A stretch of 64,000 bases of DNA, from the NCBI GenBank assembly GCA_943788405.1, contig CALSQD010000001.1:457200-521199 (forward strand), written 5' to 3'. Below, in pieces: positions 18,954 through 29,676 of this stretch. Numbering within the stretch: the first letter of the stretch is position 1; each line of letters opens with the position of its first letter. The stretch comes from an uncultured Flavobacteriales bacterium (GTDB lineage Bacteria > Bacteroidota > Bacteroidia > Flavobacteriales > BACL11). The notes under the pieces are model-generated. The model saw only the letters and a list, made by a program, of their open reading frames with translations, did not search any database and was not told the DNA's origin. The translations under genes were made by a program, and so were the position numbers.

Positions 18954-21626
18954 ATGAAAAAGGGTATAATTGTAATTTTAAGTGTTTTCCTTGGTTCTGG
19001 GATTTTTGCACAGACTACTTTAAGTGGAAAAATAACAGATGCTAATACGGGAGAATCTCTTATTGGGGCAACTATAATTTACGGTAAAGGGCAGGGAACA
19101 GCTACTGATTTTGATGGAAATTATTCCCTTAAAATTCAACCAGGAGAAAGAAGTATTCAGGTTTCCTATGTAGGTTATAAAGCCGTAAGTCAAGTTGTAA
19201 GTATAAAAGGAAAATCACAAGTTTTGGATTTTAAACTAAAAACTGTTCTGCTAAATGAAGTGCAAGTAGTAGCTGATATTGCTCGAGATAGAGAAACACC
19301 AGTTGCTTTTTCTACAATCCCTATGAAAAAAATAAATGAGGAATTGGCTTCACAAGATATTCCTATGGTATTGAATTCAACTCCTGGGGTATATGCAACA
19401 CAAACTGGTGGTGGTGATGGAGATGCAAGAATTACAATCAGAGGATTTAACCAAAGAAATGTAGCAGTTATGTTGGATGGAATCCCTGTAAATGACATGG
19501 AAAATGGTTGGGTGTATTGGTCAAATTGGTTTGGGTTAGATGCAGTAACTTCTAATATACAAGTACAAAGAGGATTAGGGGCTTCAAAAATTGCGATTCC
19601 ATCAGTAGGAGGAACAATGAACATCCTTACAAAAGGAACAGGAAATAAAGCAGGAGGTACTATAAAGCAGGAAGTAGGTTCATTTGGAAAATTAAGAACT
19701 TCACTAGGTTATAATTCAGGGAAATTGGATAATGGTTGGGGCTATACTTTGGCAGGTTCTTATAAAAATGGAAATGGATTTGTAGAAGAAACTTGGAGTG
19801 AAGGTTACTTTTATTATGCAAAAATTCAAAAAGAGTTAGGAAATCATATTTTGAGTTTATCGGCAATGGGAGCGCCACAAAAACACGGGCAAAGATCCTA
19901 TAAAAGTAGTATTGCTACTTATTGGAACAAAGCTCAACAGATGTATAGAGCAGATTCTTTAAATGGAGAGTTTAAAAGTATGGATTATTACTTTAAGGAG
20001 GCAATAAAATATAATCAGCATTGGGGACATTTAGATAGATGGACTTTAGCTAGTAATGGTGATACTATTCATAATAAAGAAACTTTAAATACAAGACAAA
20101 ATTATTACCATAAACCACAGTTTTCTTTAAGAGATTTCTGGACAGTTAATGATAAATTTTATGTTTCTAATATTTTATATGCCTCTCTTGGTAATGGAGG
20201 AGGAACAAGGGGTGAAGGTATTGGAATGTTAGAGGGACAACAAAATTTACAAGCTGCATATGATGCAAATGTTGGAGCAGGTCCTTTTGGTCCGTTTATT
20301 GATACTGAATATTCAGATACTGAATATAAATCTGGTAGTTTTTTAAAATCATCTATAAATAATCATTATTGGTACGGAGGCTTATCTACTTTAAATTATC
20401 AGGTAACTGATGAGTTAGCTCTTTCATCAGGAATAGATATGCGTTATTATAAAGGAGAACATTATAGCGAAATATATGATTTATTGGGTGGAGATTATGC
20501 CGTCTCAACTGATGATGTAAATCAGTTATCAGCAGTAAAAAGAGTAGGAGATAAGATTGGTTATTACAATGATGGAATAGTTAAATGGAGTGGAGTATTT
20601 TCCCAAGCAGAATATAGTAATGGAATGTTAAGTGCTTTTTTCAATGTTTCAGGGTCAAATTCAGCTTATAAAAGAATTGATTATTTTAAAGAAAAAGTGG
20701 AAGGTAAATACGCTTCAACTGATTGGAAATGGATAAGAGGATATACCGTAAAAACTGGTGCTAATGTAAATTTGGATGAATATAATAATGTGTTTTTTAA
20801 TACAGGATATATTTCAAAAGCACCAAGGTTTGATAATATTTTTACAAGAAATAATACTTTACAAGAGTATATTCGCAATGAAGAAGTAAAGGCAGTTGAA
20901 GGAGGATATTCTTATCGTTCTTCTTTGTTTTCAGCTAATGTAAATGCTTATTATACACTATGGGAAAATAAACCTGCAAATATTAGTGAGACAATTGGAG
21001 GTACAAGATATTCTGATGTTGTGCCAATGAACGCTCTACATAAAGGGTTCGAATTAGATTTTTCTTATAAAGTGAATCATAAATTAAGTGTAGAAGGTTT
21101 ACTTTCTTTGGGTGATTGGGTTTGGACTTCTGGCGGGGAGGCTGTTATTTTGGATAGTGATAATAATGCACCTTCAGCTGAGCTAGGGCATACTAATTCG
21201 GATACATTAAAATATAATGCTGATGGCGTTCATGTAGGAGATGCAGCACAGACTCAGTATGGATTGAGCATAAGATATGAGCCAACTTATAAATCATACA
21301 TTAAATTAAGAGGTACTTATTTTGATGATTATTACTCTGATTTTGATGCAGCAACTTTAAGTGGAGAAAACTCAGGAAGAGAAAGTTGGAAAATACCAGC
21401 CTACCAATTAGTGGATTTACATTGTGGATATAAATTTAAATTATCAGATAAGAATAAATTAGATATTAGGTTATCAATTTTAAACCTATTGGACGAAATG
21501 TATATTTCAGATGCTAAAAATAATGATAGTTATAGTTCGGTTTATAGTGATTTTGATGCTAAATCAGCTAGTGTATTTTTTGGTTTAGGAAGAAGAATTA
21601 ATTTGTCAGCAAGATTTAGTTTTTAG
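18954..21626 (+). CDS. TonB-dependent outer-membrane receptor (CarboxypepD_reg domain + plug + barrel), no SusD partner
   Basis: 890 aa with signal peptide. LSGKITDANTGESLIGATI (CarboxypepD_reg), plug motifs ITIRGF and VMLDGIPVND, and a C-terminal ...LSARFSF. Confidence 0.9.
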   Translation: MKKGIIVILSVFLGSGIFAQTTLSGKITDANTGESLIGATIIYGKGQGTATDFDGNYSLKIQPGERSIQVSYVGYKAVSQVVSIKGKSQVLDFKLKTVLLNEVQVVADIARDRETPVAFSTIPMKKINEELASQDIPMVLNSTPGVYATQTGGGDGDARITIRGFNQRNVAVMLDGIPVNDMENGWVYWSNWFGLDAVTSNIQVQRGLGASKIAIPSVGGTMNILTKGTGNKAGGTIKQEVGSFGKLRTSLGYNSGKLDNGWGYTLAGSYKNGNGFVEETWSEGYFYYAKIQKELGNHILSLSAMGAPQKHGQRSYKSSIATYWNKAQQMYRADSLNGEFKSMDYYFKEAIKYNQHWGHLDRWTLASNGDTIHNKETLNTRQNYYHKPQFSLRDFWTVNDKFYVSNILYASLGNGGGTRGEGIGMLEGQQNLQAAYDANVGAGPFGPFIDTEYSDTEYKSGSFLKSSINNHYWYGGLSTLNYQVTDELALSSGIDMRYYKGEHYSEIYDLLGGDYAVSTDDVNQLSAVKRVGDKIGYYNDGIVKWSGVFSQAEYSNGMLSAFFNVSGSNSAYKRIDYFKEKVEGKYASTDWKWIRGYTVKTGANVNLDEYNNVFFNTGYISKAPRFDNIFTRNNTLQEYIRNEEVKAVEGGYSYRSSLFSANVNAYYTLWENKPANISETIGGTRYSDVVPMNALHKGFELDFSYKVNHKLSVEGLLSLGDWVWTSGGEAVILDSDNNAPSAELGHTNSDTLKYNADGVHVGDAAQTQYGLSIRYEPTYKSYIKLRGTYFDDYYSDFDAATLSGENSGRESWKIPAYQLVDLHCGYKFKLSDKNKLDIRLSILNLLDEMYISDAKNNDSYSSVYSDFDAKSASVFFGLGRRINLSARFSF

Positions 21627-21691
21627 TAAAGGAGATGGTTATTTGTTGATGTGATTATTTGTTTATTTTAGAGTACAAGCAATAATTAAAT

Positions 21692-21728
21692 ATCAACTAA
21701 ACCAATAATCAGTTAAACGAATAAACAA
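21692..21728 (+). repeat. 37-nt conserved core of an intercistronic structured element (copy 2, upstream of the PLD gene)
   Basis: atcaactaaaccaataatcagttaaacgaataaacaa. 36/37 identical to the reverse complement of 15072..15108, and in the same orientation relative to the downstream gene. Confidence 0.9.
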
Positions 21729-21769
21729 GAAAAAAATAACAACATATAAACGAATAAACATATTTTAAA

Positions 21770-23923
21770 ATGAAAAAGAGAGTTTTATTAATGAGCGCAA
21801 TACTACTAAGTATAGTAGGATTTGCACAAACAGATATCGCAACAGCAAGAGCTCAGGGGTTAGGGTCAAGTGTAACTATTACCGGGGTAGTAACTAATGG
21901 GAGTGAGTTAGGACCTATTAGATATATAGAAGACAACACTGGAGGAATGGCTTTGTATAGCAGTTCTTTATCTGGTTTGCAAAGGGGAGATGAAGTAACG
22001 GTTTCGGGTTCATTAAAGGATTATAATGGTCTTTTAGAAATGGATCCTATAAGTTCAAATACAGTTAACTCAACAGGAAATACATTAACTCCACAAGTGT
22101 ATACTCCACTACAAATTGGGGAGGCAACTGAATCTCAATTAGTACAAATTAATAATGTAATTTTTAATAGTGGAGGATCTTTATTCACTGTTGGTACACA
22201 TGATTTTACAGCTAATGGCGAATCAGGAAAAATATATATTAAAACAGGACATTCTTTAGAAAATACACTTATCCCTATGGGAACGGTAACTTTAATTGGA
22301 ATATCATCACAACACACTTATAATTTTGGTTGTCCTCATACTTCTGGAATTTGTCCTGCAAGTGATGGGCATCAAATTTTACCTAGAGATACAGCTGATA
22401 TTATTCAATCAGGAAATATAGTGTTTACTTCTGCTGTTAATCAAACAAATATAACAACTACAAGTTATGATTTGTCTTGGAGTGTTTCAGCTAACTCAAG
22501 TACTAATTGTAATTATGGCACTACAACAGCTTTAGGTACGAGTATAAATAGTGGAGGGAATACTCAAAATCATAGTATAAGTTTAACTGGGCTTTCTCCT
22601 GCAACTTTTTATTATGTGCAATGTTATTCAATTGATGGCTTGGATACAGCCTTTTCAAATGTTGGTATTTATTCAACTGCCTCCCTTTCTTCAGGGAAAA
22701 TTCGCCCTTATTTCAATCATTCAGTTGATAATTCTTTTTCTAATGGAGTAGATGCACAAGATATAGGTTCAGGATTTGCTGATACTATTTCGGCATACAT
22801 TGCTTTGGCTCAAAATACTTTGGATATTTGTGTTTATAATGCTTCATCATCAATAATTGCAACTGCAATAAATGCTGCATATAATAATGGGGTTGCTGTT
22901 AGGTATATTGCTGATGATGATGTTACAAATATAATGTTGAGTAGTTTAAATGCAAATATTCCTGTAGTGTATAGAGATCCTGCACCTGCTGGAATTATGC
23001 ATAATAAATTCATTATTGTAGATGCAAACTCTACTAATAACTCTTGGATTTTAGGTGGTTCAACTAATTGGACAAACCCAAGTAATTTGCTTAATGATTA
23101 TAATAATATGATTTTTATACAGGATGAAGCAATTGCAAAAGCGTATACTTTAGAGTTTGAAGAAATGTGGAGTGGAGTTTTTGGAGACAATAAATTAGAT
23201 AATACGCCTCATAAATTTATGGCAGATGGGAAGTTGGTAGAAGTTTATTTCTCTCCTTCTGATCAAACAACTTCTCAAATTTTAAGAACGATTGAAGGGG
23301 TGGACAATACCTTGGAGTTTGGATTACTTTCGTTTACGCGTGATGATTTAGGACAAGCAATTATTGATAAGGATATTGAATTTGGCGTTACAGCAAGAGG
23401 AATTATTGAAATGAAAAATTCTAGTAATGGAGGAGAGTATGATAATTTAGTAGCTGCTAGTGTTAATGTTCGTTCACATGAGGGAGTTGCACATCAGTTG
23501 CACCATAAATATTTAATTACTGATGCAAGTGCCACAAGTTCTGACCCTATAGTTTTAACAGGCTCACATAATTGGAGTAATAATGCAGAAAATAACTCTG
23601 ATGAAAATACGCTTATTATTCATGATGCTACAATTGCAAATATCTATTTACAAGAATTTGAAAAAAGATGGGGAGAGCTTGGGACTCCAAATGCAATTGA
23701 TGATTTGATTGATATAGAGTTAACTGTTTTCCCTAATCCTTCAGCTGGTATAGTAAATATTAAAAGTGATTTAAAAGTGGAACAAATCAACTTGTACGCT
23801 ATTGATGGGAAATTTATTTCAGCTACAGATGAATCAACTATTAATATTGATACAAAAGGAGTTTACTTCTTAAAGATTATTACAGATAAAGGAAACTTGG
23901 TTAAGAAAATAGTAGTTGAATAA
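21770..23923 (+). CDS. Secreted phospholipase-D-family phosphodiesterase (two HKD motifs) with N-terminal OB-fold-like and Fn3-like domains and a T9SS CTD; probable extracellular nuclease
   Basis: HKD motifs HNKFIIVD...GSTNWT and HHKYLITD...GSHNWS. N-terminus VTITGVVTNG...GDEVTVSGSLKDYNGLLEM resembles the OB module of extracellular nucleases. C-terminal FPNPSAGIVNIK...GVYFLKI. Confidence 0.8.
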   Translation: MKKRVLLMSAILLSIVGFAQTDIATARAQGLGSSVTITGVVTNGSELGPIRYIEDNTGGMALYSSSLSGLQRGDEVTVSGSLKDYNGLLEMDPISSNTVNSTGNTLTPQVYTPLQIGEATESQLVQINNVIFNSGGSLFTVGTHDFTANGESGKIYIKTGHSLENTLIPMGTVTLIGISSQHTYNFGCPHTSGICPASDGHQILPRDTADIIQSGNIVFTSAVNQTNITTTSYDLSWSVSANSSTNCNYGTTTALGTSINSGGNTQNHSISLTGLSPATFYYVQCYSIDGLDTAFSNVGIYSTASLSSGKIRPYFNHSVDNSFSNGVDAQDIGSGFADTISAYIALAQNTLDICVYNASSSIIATAINAAYNNGVAVRYIADDDVTNIMLSSLNANIPVVYRDPAPAGIMHNKFIIVDANSTNNSWILGGSTNWTNPSNLLNDYNNMIFIQDEAIAKAYTLEFEEMWSGVFGDNKLDNTPHKFMADGKLVEVYFSPSDQTTSQILRTIEGVDNTLEFGLLSFTRDDLGQAIIDKDIEFGVTARGIIEMKNSSNGGEYDNLVAASVNVRSHEGVAHQLHHKYLITDASATSSDPIVLTGSHNWSNNAENNSDENTLIIHDATIANIYLQEFEKRWGELGTPNAIDDLIDIELTVFPNPSAGIVNIKSDLKVEQINLYAIDGKFISATDESTINIDTKGVYFLKIITDKGNLVKKIVVE

Positions 23924-23939
23924 TTAAAATAAGAGCAAT

Positions 23940-23970
23940 AAAAAAGCCCACTATTAAGTGGGCTTTTTTT
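23940..23970. terminator. Bidirectional rho-independent terminator between convergent genes
   Basis: aaaaaagcccac-tattaa-gtgggcttttttt, a stem flanked by A and T runs. Confidence 0.75.
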
Positions 23971-23984
23971 ATTATTTAATGGAA

Positions 23985-25319
23985 TTACATTTCAAATGTT
24001 TCCATGAATTTTGTAGTATAATTTCCTGCTCGGAAATCTTTATCTTTCATCAGTTTTTGATGGAAAGGAATAGTAGTTTTAATTCCTTCAATAATAAATT
24101 CATCTAAAGCTCTTTCCATTTTAGCAATTGCTTCTTCTCTTGTTTGGGCAACTGTAATTACTTTAGCAATCATAGAATCGTAAAACGGAGGAATCATGTA
24201 GTTTGCATATACATGTGTATCAATTCTGATTCCGTGTCCTCCTGGAGCATGGAAGTTAGTAATCATTCCAGGGCAAGGTCTGAAATCATTTTCAGGATCC
24301 TCAGCATTTATTCTACACTCAATTGCATGCAATTGTGGGTCGTAATTCTCTCCTGATATTTTAACACCAGCAGCTACTTTTATTTGTTCACGAATTAAAT
24401 CGTAATCAACAACTTCTTCAGTAATAGGGTGTTCTACTTGAATACGAGTATTCATTTCCATAAAGAAGAATTTTCTGTGTTTATCCACTAAAAATTCTAC
24501 TGTACCTACACCTTCATAGTTTACTGCTTCAGCAGCTTTAATGGCAGCCTCTCCCATTTCAGCTCTTAATTCTTCTGTCATAAATGGAGAAGGAGTTTCT
24601 TCAGCTAATTTCTGATGTCTTCTTTGAATAGAACAATCTCTTTCAGATAAATGGGCAGCTTTCCCTGTATGATCTCCAATAATTTGAATTTCAATATGTC
24701 TTGGATCTTCAATGAACTTTTCCATATACATACCATCATTTCCAAATGCTGCTTTTGACTCTTGTCTTGCACTATTCCATGCATCTTCAAGGTTTTCTGC
24801 TTCCCAAACTAAACGCATACCTTTACCACCACCACCAGCAGTTGCTTTTAGCATTACAGGGTATCCAACTTCAATAGCAAGTTTTTTACAAGCTTTAAAA
24901 TCAGGAATAATACCTACTGAACCAGGTATTGTAGGAACACCTGCTTTTTTCATAGTCTCTTTAGCTGATGCTTTATCTCCCATTCCATCAATCATACCAG
25001 GTGAAGCACCAATAAACTTGATGTCATTTTCACCACATATTTTTGAAAAATTAGAGTTTTCAGCTAAAAAACCATATCCAGGATGTATTGCGTCAGCATT
25101 TGTAATTTCAGCAGCAGCAATAATATTAGGAATTTTTAAATAAGATTCTGAACTTGCAGCAGGACCAATACATACGGCCTCATCAGCAAAACGAACATGT
25201 AAACTATCTTTATCGGCAGTAGAGTAAACGGCAACAGTTTTTACCCCCATCTCTTTACAGGTACGGATAATTCTAAGTGCAATTTCTCCTCTATTTGCTA
25301 TTAGGATTTTCTTAAACAT
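23985..25319 (-). CDS. accC: Acetyl-CoA carboxylase, biotin carboxylase subunit
   Basis: 444 aa ATP-grasp protein. Begins [14 protein letters not shown] and contains GGGGKGM and [10 protein letters not shown]. Confidence 0.95.
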   Translation of the reverse strand: MFKKILIANRGEIALRIIRTCKEMGVKTVAVYSTADKDSLHVRFADEAVCIGPAASSESYLKIPNIIAAAEITNADAIHPGYGFLAENSNFSKICGENDIKFIGASPGMIDGMGDKASAKETMKKAGVPTIPGSVGIIPDFKACKKLAIEVGYPVMLKATAGGGGKGMRLVWEAENLEDAWNSARQESKAAFGNDGMYMEKFIEDPRHIEIQIIGDHTGKAAHLSERDCSIQRRHQKLAEETPSPFMTEELRAEMGEAAIKAAEAVNYEGVGTVEFLVDKHRKFFFMEMNTRIQVEHPITEEVVDYDLIREQIKVAAGVKISGENYDPQLHAIECRINAEDPENDFRPCPGMITNFHAPGGHGIRIDTHVYANYMIPPFYDSMIAKVITVAQTREEAIAKMERALDEFIIEGIKTTIPFHQKLMKDKDFRAGNYTTKFMETFEM

Positions 25320-25341
25320 AATTAATTATTTTAAGGGTAAA

Positions 25342-25839
25342 TTATGAAGGATCAACCAAGAATAATGGTTGGTCAAATTCAATAGGAGAAGCATCATCAA
25401 CTAAAACTTTTACAATTTTACCTGATACTTCTGATTCAATTTCATTGAATAATTTCATTGCTTCAATAATACAAATTGTATCTCCTTCTTTTATAGTATC
25501 CCCAACATTTGCAAATGGAGGAGTTTCTGGTGAAGAAGAACGGTAGAATGTACCAATCATTGACGCTTTAATTGTGATATAATTTGCATTTTCATCAGCT
25601 GCAGGAGCAGGTGCGTTTGCAGTAGGAGCTGCAACTGGTGCAGCAGCAGTAACTACAGGAGCTGCTACAACTTGTGCAGGAGCTTGTTGAATAATAGTAG
25701 TGATTTCATCTACTTCACCTCTTTTTTTCTTAGCAGGTGATTTAATAGAAATCTTTATGTTATCAATTTCTAAATCTACTTCTGTTGCGCCTGATTTTGC
25801 AACAAATTTTATCAATTCTTGAATGTCTTTTAAATCCAT
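25342..25839 (-). CDS. accB: Acetyl-CoA carboxylase, biotin carboxyl carrier protein
   Basis: Ala/Pro-rich linker and the biotinylation motif IEAMKLFNEI. Confidence 0.95.
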   Translation of the reverse strand: MDLKDIQELIKFVAKSGATEVDLEIDNIKISIKSPAKKKRGEVDEITTIIQQAPAQVVAAPVVTAAAPVAAPTANAPAPAADENANYITIKASMIGTFYRSSSPETPPFANVGDTIKEGDTICIIEAMKLFNEIESEVSGKIVKVLVDDASPIEFDQPLFLVDPS

Positions 25840-25870
25840 GTTTTAAATTTTATTTATAGTACAAAAGTAA

Positions 25871-26872
25871 TTATTTCTTTGAGTCGTACGCCCATTTTAT
25901 AAAAATTGAACCCCAAGTGAATCCTCCACCAAATGCGGCCAATACAATATTGTCTCCTTTATTCAATTGATTTTCCCATTCCCATAAGCACAAAGGAATA
26001 GTTCCATTAGTTGTGTTTCCATATTTTTCAATGTTTAACATCACTTTCTCATTTCCTACTCCCATCCTTCTGGCAGTAGCATCAATTATTCTTTTATTTG
26101 CTTGATGAGGAACTAGCCAAGCTACATCATCAGCTGTTAAATTATTTCTTTGCATAATTTCTTCTGAAACATCTGCCATAGATTTTACAGCTGCTTTAAA
26201 TACAGGTTGCCCGTCCTGAAAAACAAAATGTTCACGAGCATCAACTGTAGCATGTGAAGCAGGTTTTGCTGATCCTCCAGCTTTCATGTGTAAAAATTCT
26301 CTTCCTGCACCATCACTTCTAAGTATTGCATCTTGAATTCCTAATCCATCTTCAGTAGGCTCTAATAATACTGCACCTGCACCATCACCAAAAATAATAC
26401 AAGTAGCTCTATCCGTATAGTCAACAATTGATGACATTTTATCGGCACCAACTACAATTACTTTTTTATAAGTACCTGTTTCAATAAATTTTGATGCAGT
26501 TGATAGCGCATATAAAAATCCTGAACAAGCTGCCATTAAATCATAAGCAAAAGCATTTTTAGCACCTACTTTATCAGCAATAATGCAAGCGGTAGAAGGG
26601 AATACCATATCAGGAGTAGCAGTTGCACAAATGATCAAGTCAATATCCTCAGCATTGGTATTAGTTTTTGCTAAAAGCCCATTAATTGCCTCAGTTCCTA
26701 AATCAGAAGTTCCTTTTCCTTCACCTTTTAAAATTCTCCTTTCCTTTATTCCTGTTCGTGAAGTAATCCATTCATCATTTGTTTCAACATAAGTTTCTAG
26801 CTCCTTATTTGTTAAAATATAATCAGGCACATAGCCTTGAATACCTGTTATTGCAGCATTAATTTTTCCCAT
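25871..26872 (-). CDS. fabH: 3-oxoacyl-ACP synthase III
   Basis: Active-site AACSGF, HQANKRI and GGGFTWG. Confidence 0.95.
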   Translation of the reverse strand: MGKINAAITGIQGYVPDYILTNKELETYVETNDEWITSRTGIKERRILKGEGKGTSDLGTEAINGLLAKTNTNAEDIDLIICATATPDMVFPSTACIIADKVGAKNAFAYDLMAACSGFLYALSTASKFIETGTYKKVIVVGADKMSSIVDYTDRATCIIFGDGAGAVLLEPTEDGLGIQDAILRSDGAGREFLHMKAGGSAKPASHATVDAREHFVFQDGQPVFKAAVKSMADVSEEIMQRNNLTADDVAWLVPHQANKRIIDATARRMGVGNEKVMLNIEKYGNTTNGTIPLCLWEWENQLNKGDNIVLAAFGGGFTWGSIFIKWAYDSKK

Positions 26873-27810
26873 TAGTTTAGGTTGTTTTTTATTTTACTTG
26901 CTAATTCTGCTTCTACAACATCTTTAGTAAGTGTAATCATATTTTTTATTGCAATCTCATTAGAAATTCCATGTCCAATAATAACAGTTTTATTGAGTCC
27001 TAGGATAGGTGTTCCTCCATAATTTTCATAATTGAAACGCTTAAAGTAATCGTCAAGCAATCCTCTTTTTTCCATGATTGAATAGATTCCTTCTGCTTCT
27101 TTAAGCACTATGTTCCCTGTGAAACCATCACAAACAATAACATCAGTTTCTGAATCAAAAATATCTCTACCTTCAATATTTCCAATAAAATTGTAATCAG
27201 AGTTTTCTTCCATCATGCTGTAGGATGCTTGAGTAAGCATGTTCCCTTTAGTTTTTTCTTCTCCTAAATTTAAGAGGCTTACTTTTGGGTTTTTTATTCC
27301 ACAAACGTGTTCTGAAAATAATGAGCCAAGAATACCAAATTGATATAATACATCAGGTTTACAATCTGCATTTGCTCCAACATCAAGCAAAACTGTTACT
27401 CCTCCATCATTTCTTGGAATTAAAGTAGATATTGCTGGGCGTAAAATACCCTCAATTGCTTTCACAGAATAAAATCCTCCAACAAACATTGCGCCAGTAT
27501 TTCCTGCTGAAGCAAAGCCATCAATTTCCCCTTTTGCTAAATATTCAAAGCCTTTAGCGATAGATGAATTTGGTTTTGATTTAAATGCTTTTGTTGGGTG
27601 TTCTCCCATATCAATAACATCAGCACAGTTAATAATTTCAAAATTATTTGCACTAATATTGTGTTGTTTTAGTTCAGCAAGAATTTCAGATTCTCTACCA
27701 AACAAAACTATTTCTGTGTCCTTTGGGAGTTCATTAAGAGCAAGAATTGCTCCATGAACAGTTTTTTGAGGAGCATAATCTCCCCCCATAATATCTATAC
27801 CGATTCTCAT
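26872..27810 (-). CDS. plsX: Phosphate acyltransferase
   Basis: [12 protein letters not shown] at the N-terminus. Conserved position upstream of fabH. Confidence 0.9.
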   Translation of the reverse strand: MRIGIDIMGGDYAPQKTVHGAILALNELPKDTEIVLFGRESEILAELKQHNISANNFEIINCADVIDMGEHPTKAFKSKPNSSIAKGFEYLAKGEIDGFASAGNTGAMFVGGFYSVKAIEGILRPAISTLIPRNDGGVTVLLDVGANADCKPDVLYQFGILGSLFSEHVCGIKNPKVSLLNLGEEKTKGNMLTQASYSMMEENSDYNFIGNIEGRDIFDSETDVIVCDGFTGNIVLKEAEGIYSIMEKRGLLDDYFKRFNYENYGGTPILGLNKTVIIGHGISNEIAIKNMITLTKDVVEAELASKIKNNLN

Positions 27811-27860
27811 AAATAGATTGTAGTTTTAAGCTGATAAAACTACAAAATTCTATTAAAGAA

Positions 27861-28046
27861 TTATAAAGATACTTGTTTTTCTATTGCTTGTTTTCCTCTG
27901 TAAGTTCCACACTCTTCACAAACTCTGTGATATTGTACTGGAGTACTACAGTTAGGACAAGAATACATTGTAGTAGCAGATGCTTTATAATGTGTTCTTC
28001 TTTTATCTCTTCTAGTCTTAGAAATTTTTCTTTTAGGATGTGCCAT
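27861..28046 (-). CDS. rpmF: 50S ribosomal protein L32
   Basis: MAHPKRKISKTRRDKRR followed by a CPNC...CEECG zinc ribbon. Confidence 0.95.
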   Translation of the reverse strand: MAHPKRKISKTRRDKRRTHYKASATTMYSCPNCSTPVQYHRVCEECGTYRGKQAIEKQVSL

Positions 28047-28059
28047 TTTCTTTCTTTTA

Positions 28060-28578
28060 CTATTTTGTTTTTAAATCTTTTAATGCGTCCCACCTAGGGT
28101 CAGACGACTTTTCTTCTTTTACAGTATATTTTTCTATCAAATCTACCATTTCTTTATTGCATGTTACTCGTCCTTGCTCATTTAAGGGGTGTTGTCGTTT
28201 TCTTGGTAAGTTTAAAATGATCAACTCAAAGATTAATTGTTTTAAATCAATAGAATTTTCACTCTTTTTAATGTAAAAAATCTCATCAGTTGAGCTTAAA
28301 TCATCATCTGTTGTTTTGATAATTACATTAGTTTCTGCATTAATATTTACTGAAATTTCATCAGCACAAATATCGCAAAGCAGCTTGTTTATTTTACCGT
28401 CAATTTGTAGTGTTAATGCTAATTTTTCTCCATCTTTATCTAGTAAAGCTGTGGCGATAATTTCTGCATATTCTACATCCGACAATGTAAATGCTTCAAA
28501 GAACTGGTCCTTTATTTCAAATGAAAAAGAGTTTTTACCACCTCTAATTCCTCCTAATTTTATCTCATACTCATTCAT
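28060..28578 (-). CDS. DUF177/YceD-family protein (large-subunit ribosomal RNA accumulation protein-like)
   Basis: 172 aa directly upstream of rpmF, the conserved yceD-rpmF-plsX-fabH arrangement. Confidence 0.8.
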   Translation of the reverse strand: MNEYEIKLGGIRGGKNSFSFEIKDQFFEAFTLSDVEYAEIIATALLDKDGEKLALTLQIDGKINKLLCDICADEISVNINAETNVIIKTTDDDLSSTDEIFYIKKSENSIDLKQLIFELIILNLPRKRQHPLNEQGRVTCNKEMVDLIEKYTVKEEKSSDPRWDALKDLKTK

Positions 28579-28600
28579 TCACCTGAATTTTAAAGGGCTG

Positions 28601-28608
28601 CAAAGATA
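28601..28608 (-). promoter_or_regulatory. -7 box TAnnTTTG (tatctttg), 22 nt upstream of the yceD-rpmF-plsX-fabH operon
   Basis: Exact consensus match on the minus strand. Confidence 0.5.
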
Positions 28609-28637
28609 CAAATTTATTCGTATTCAGTATATTAAGT

Positions 28638-29675
28638 TTACTTTCTTGTTTTAAAAGCTAAAGGATTGCTATTAATCTCCTTAAATTCTGCTCTTTTTTT
28701 AAAAATATCGCAAGCCATAAATACAGCTTCACGAAATGATTGCTCATCTGCTTCTCCTTTTCCAGCAATTTCTGCTGCTGTTCCGTGAACAGGTGAGGTA
28801 CGAACAATATTTAGTCCTGCAGTATAATTTACGCCTTCTGAAAAAGAAAGAGTTTTAAAAGGAGTTAATCCTTGATCATGATACATGGATAATATTCCAT
28901 CAAATGCAGTTAAGTTTTTAGGAGTAAAAAAACTATCAGCAGGATAAGGGCCGAAAGCCATGACATCCGCTTCTTTCAATTTTTTTATTGCAGGAATAAT
29001 AATTTCATTTTCTTCACTGCCAAGCATCCCGTCTTCACCAGCATGAGGGTTAAGACCGATAACAGCAATTTTAGGTCTTCTGATACCAAAATCAGCCATT
29101 AAGGAATGATTAAGTTGGTTGGTAGTTTTAATTATTTTTTCAGCTGTGATTGCTGTTTTTACATTTTCCAAAGGAATATGTCCTGTAACAAATGCTATTT
29201 TCATAGCTTCACTTGCCATAATCATTAATGATTCGCCATCAAAATTACCTTGTAAAAACTCGGTATGCCCTACAAAATTCTTTATTTTTTCTTGTATTGA
29301 GGATTTGTTGATAGGAGCAGTAACCAGTACATCAATCTTCCCGTCTTTTAATGCATCACAAGCTAGCTTTATGGATTGAAAAGCATACTCGCCAGAAGTA
29401 GCAGTTGCTGTGCCAAATTTTACATCAATATCATTTTTCCAGCAGTTTAGTAAATTAACCTTATTGGCTTTTGCTTCTTCAATTTTATTGATAGTATAAA
29501 AGTTGAAATCTTGTAATTCAAGTGCCTTTCGGTGAATAGATGCTACTTTGGTTGAACCAAATATAATAGGGGTGCAAAAATCTGCCATGCGTGAATCCTT
29601 AAAGGTTTTAAGAATTACTTCCATGCCTATCCCATTTAAATCTCCAATAGAAATCCCTACTTTTATTTTACTCAT
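28638..29675 (-). CDS. pdxA: 4-hydroxythreonine-4-phosphate dehydrogenase
   Basis: GDLNGIGMEV, GHTEFL and NPHAGE motifs. Confidence 0.9.
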   Translation of the reverse strand: MSKIKVGISIGDLNGIGMEVILKTFKDSRMADFCTPIIFGSTKVASIHRKALELQDFNFYTINKIEEAKANKVNLLNCWKNDIDVKFGTATATSGEYAFQSIKLACDALKDGKIDVLVTAPINKSSIQEKIKNFVGHTEFLQGNFDGESLMIMASEAMKIAFVTGHIPLENVKTAITAEKIIKTTNQLNHSLMADFGIRRPKIAVIGLNPHAGEDGMLGSEENEIIIPAIKKLKEADVMAFGPYPADSFFTPKNLTAFDGILSMYHDQGLTPFKTLSFSEGVNYTAGLNIVRTSPVHGTAAEIAGKGEADEQSFREAVFMACDIFKKRAEFKEINSNPLAFKTRK

Positions 29676-29676
29676 C

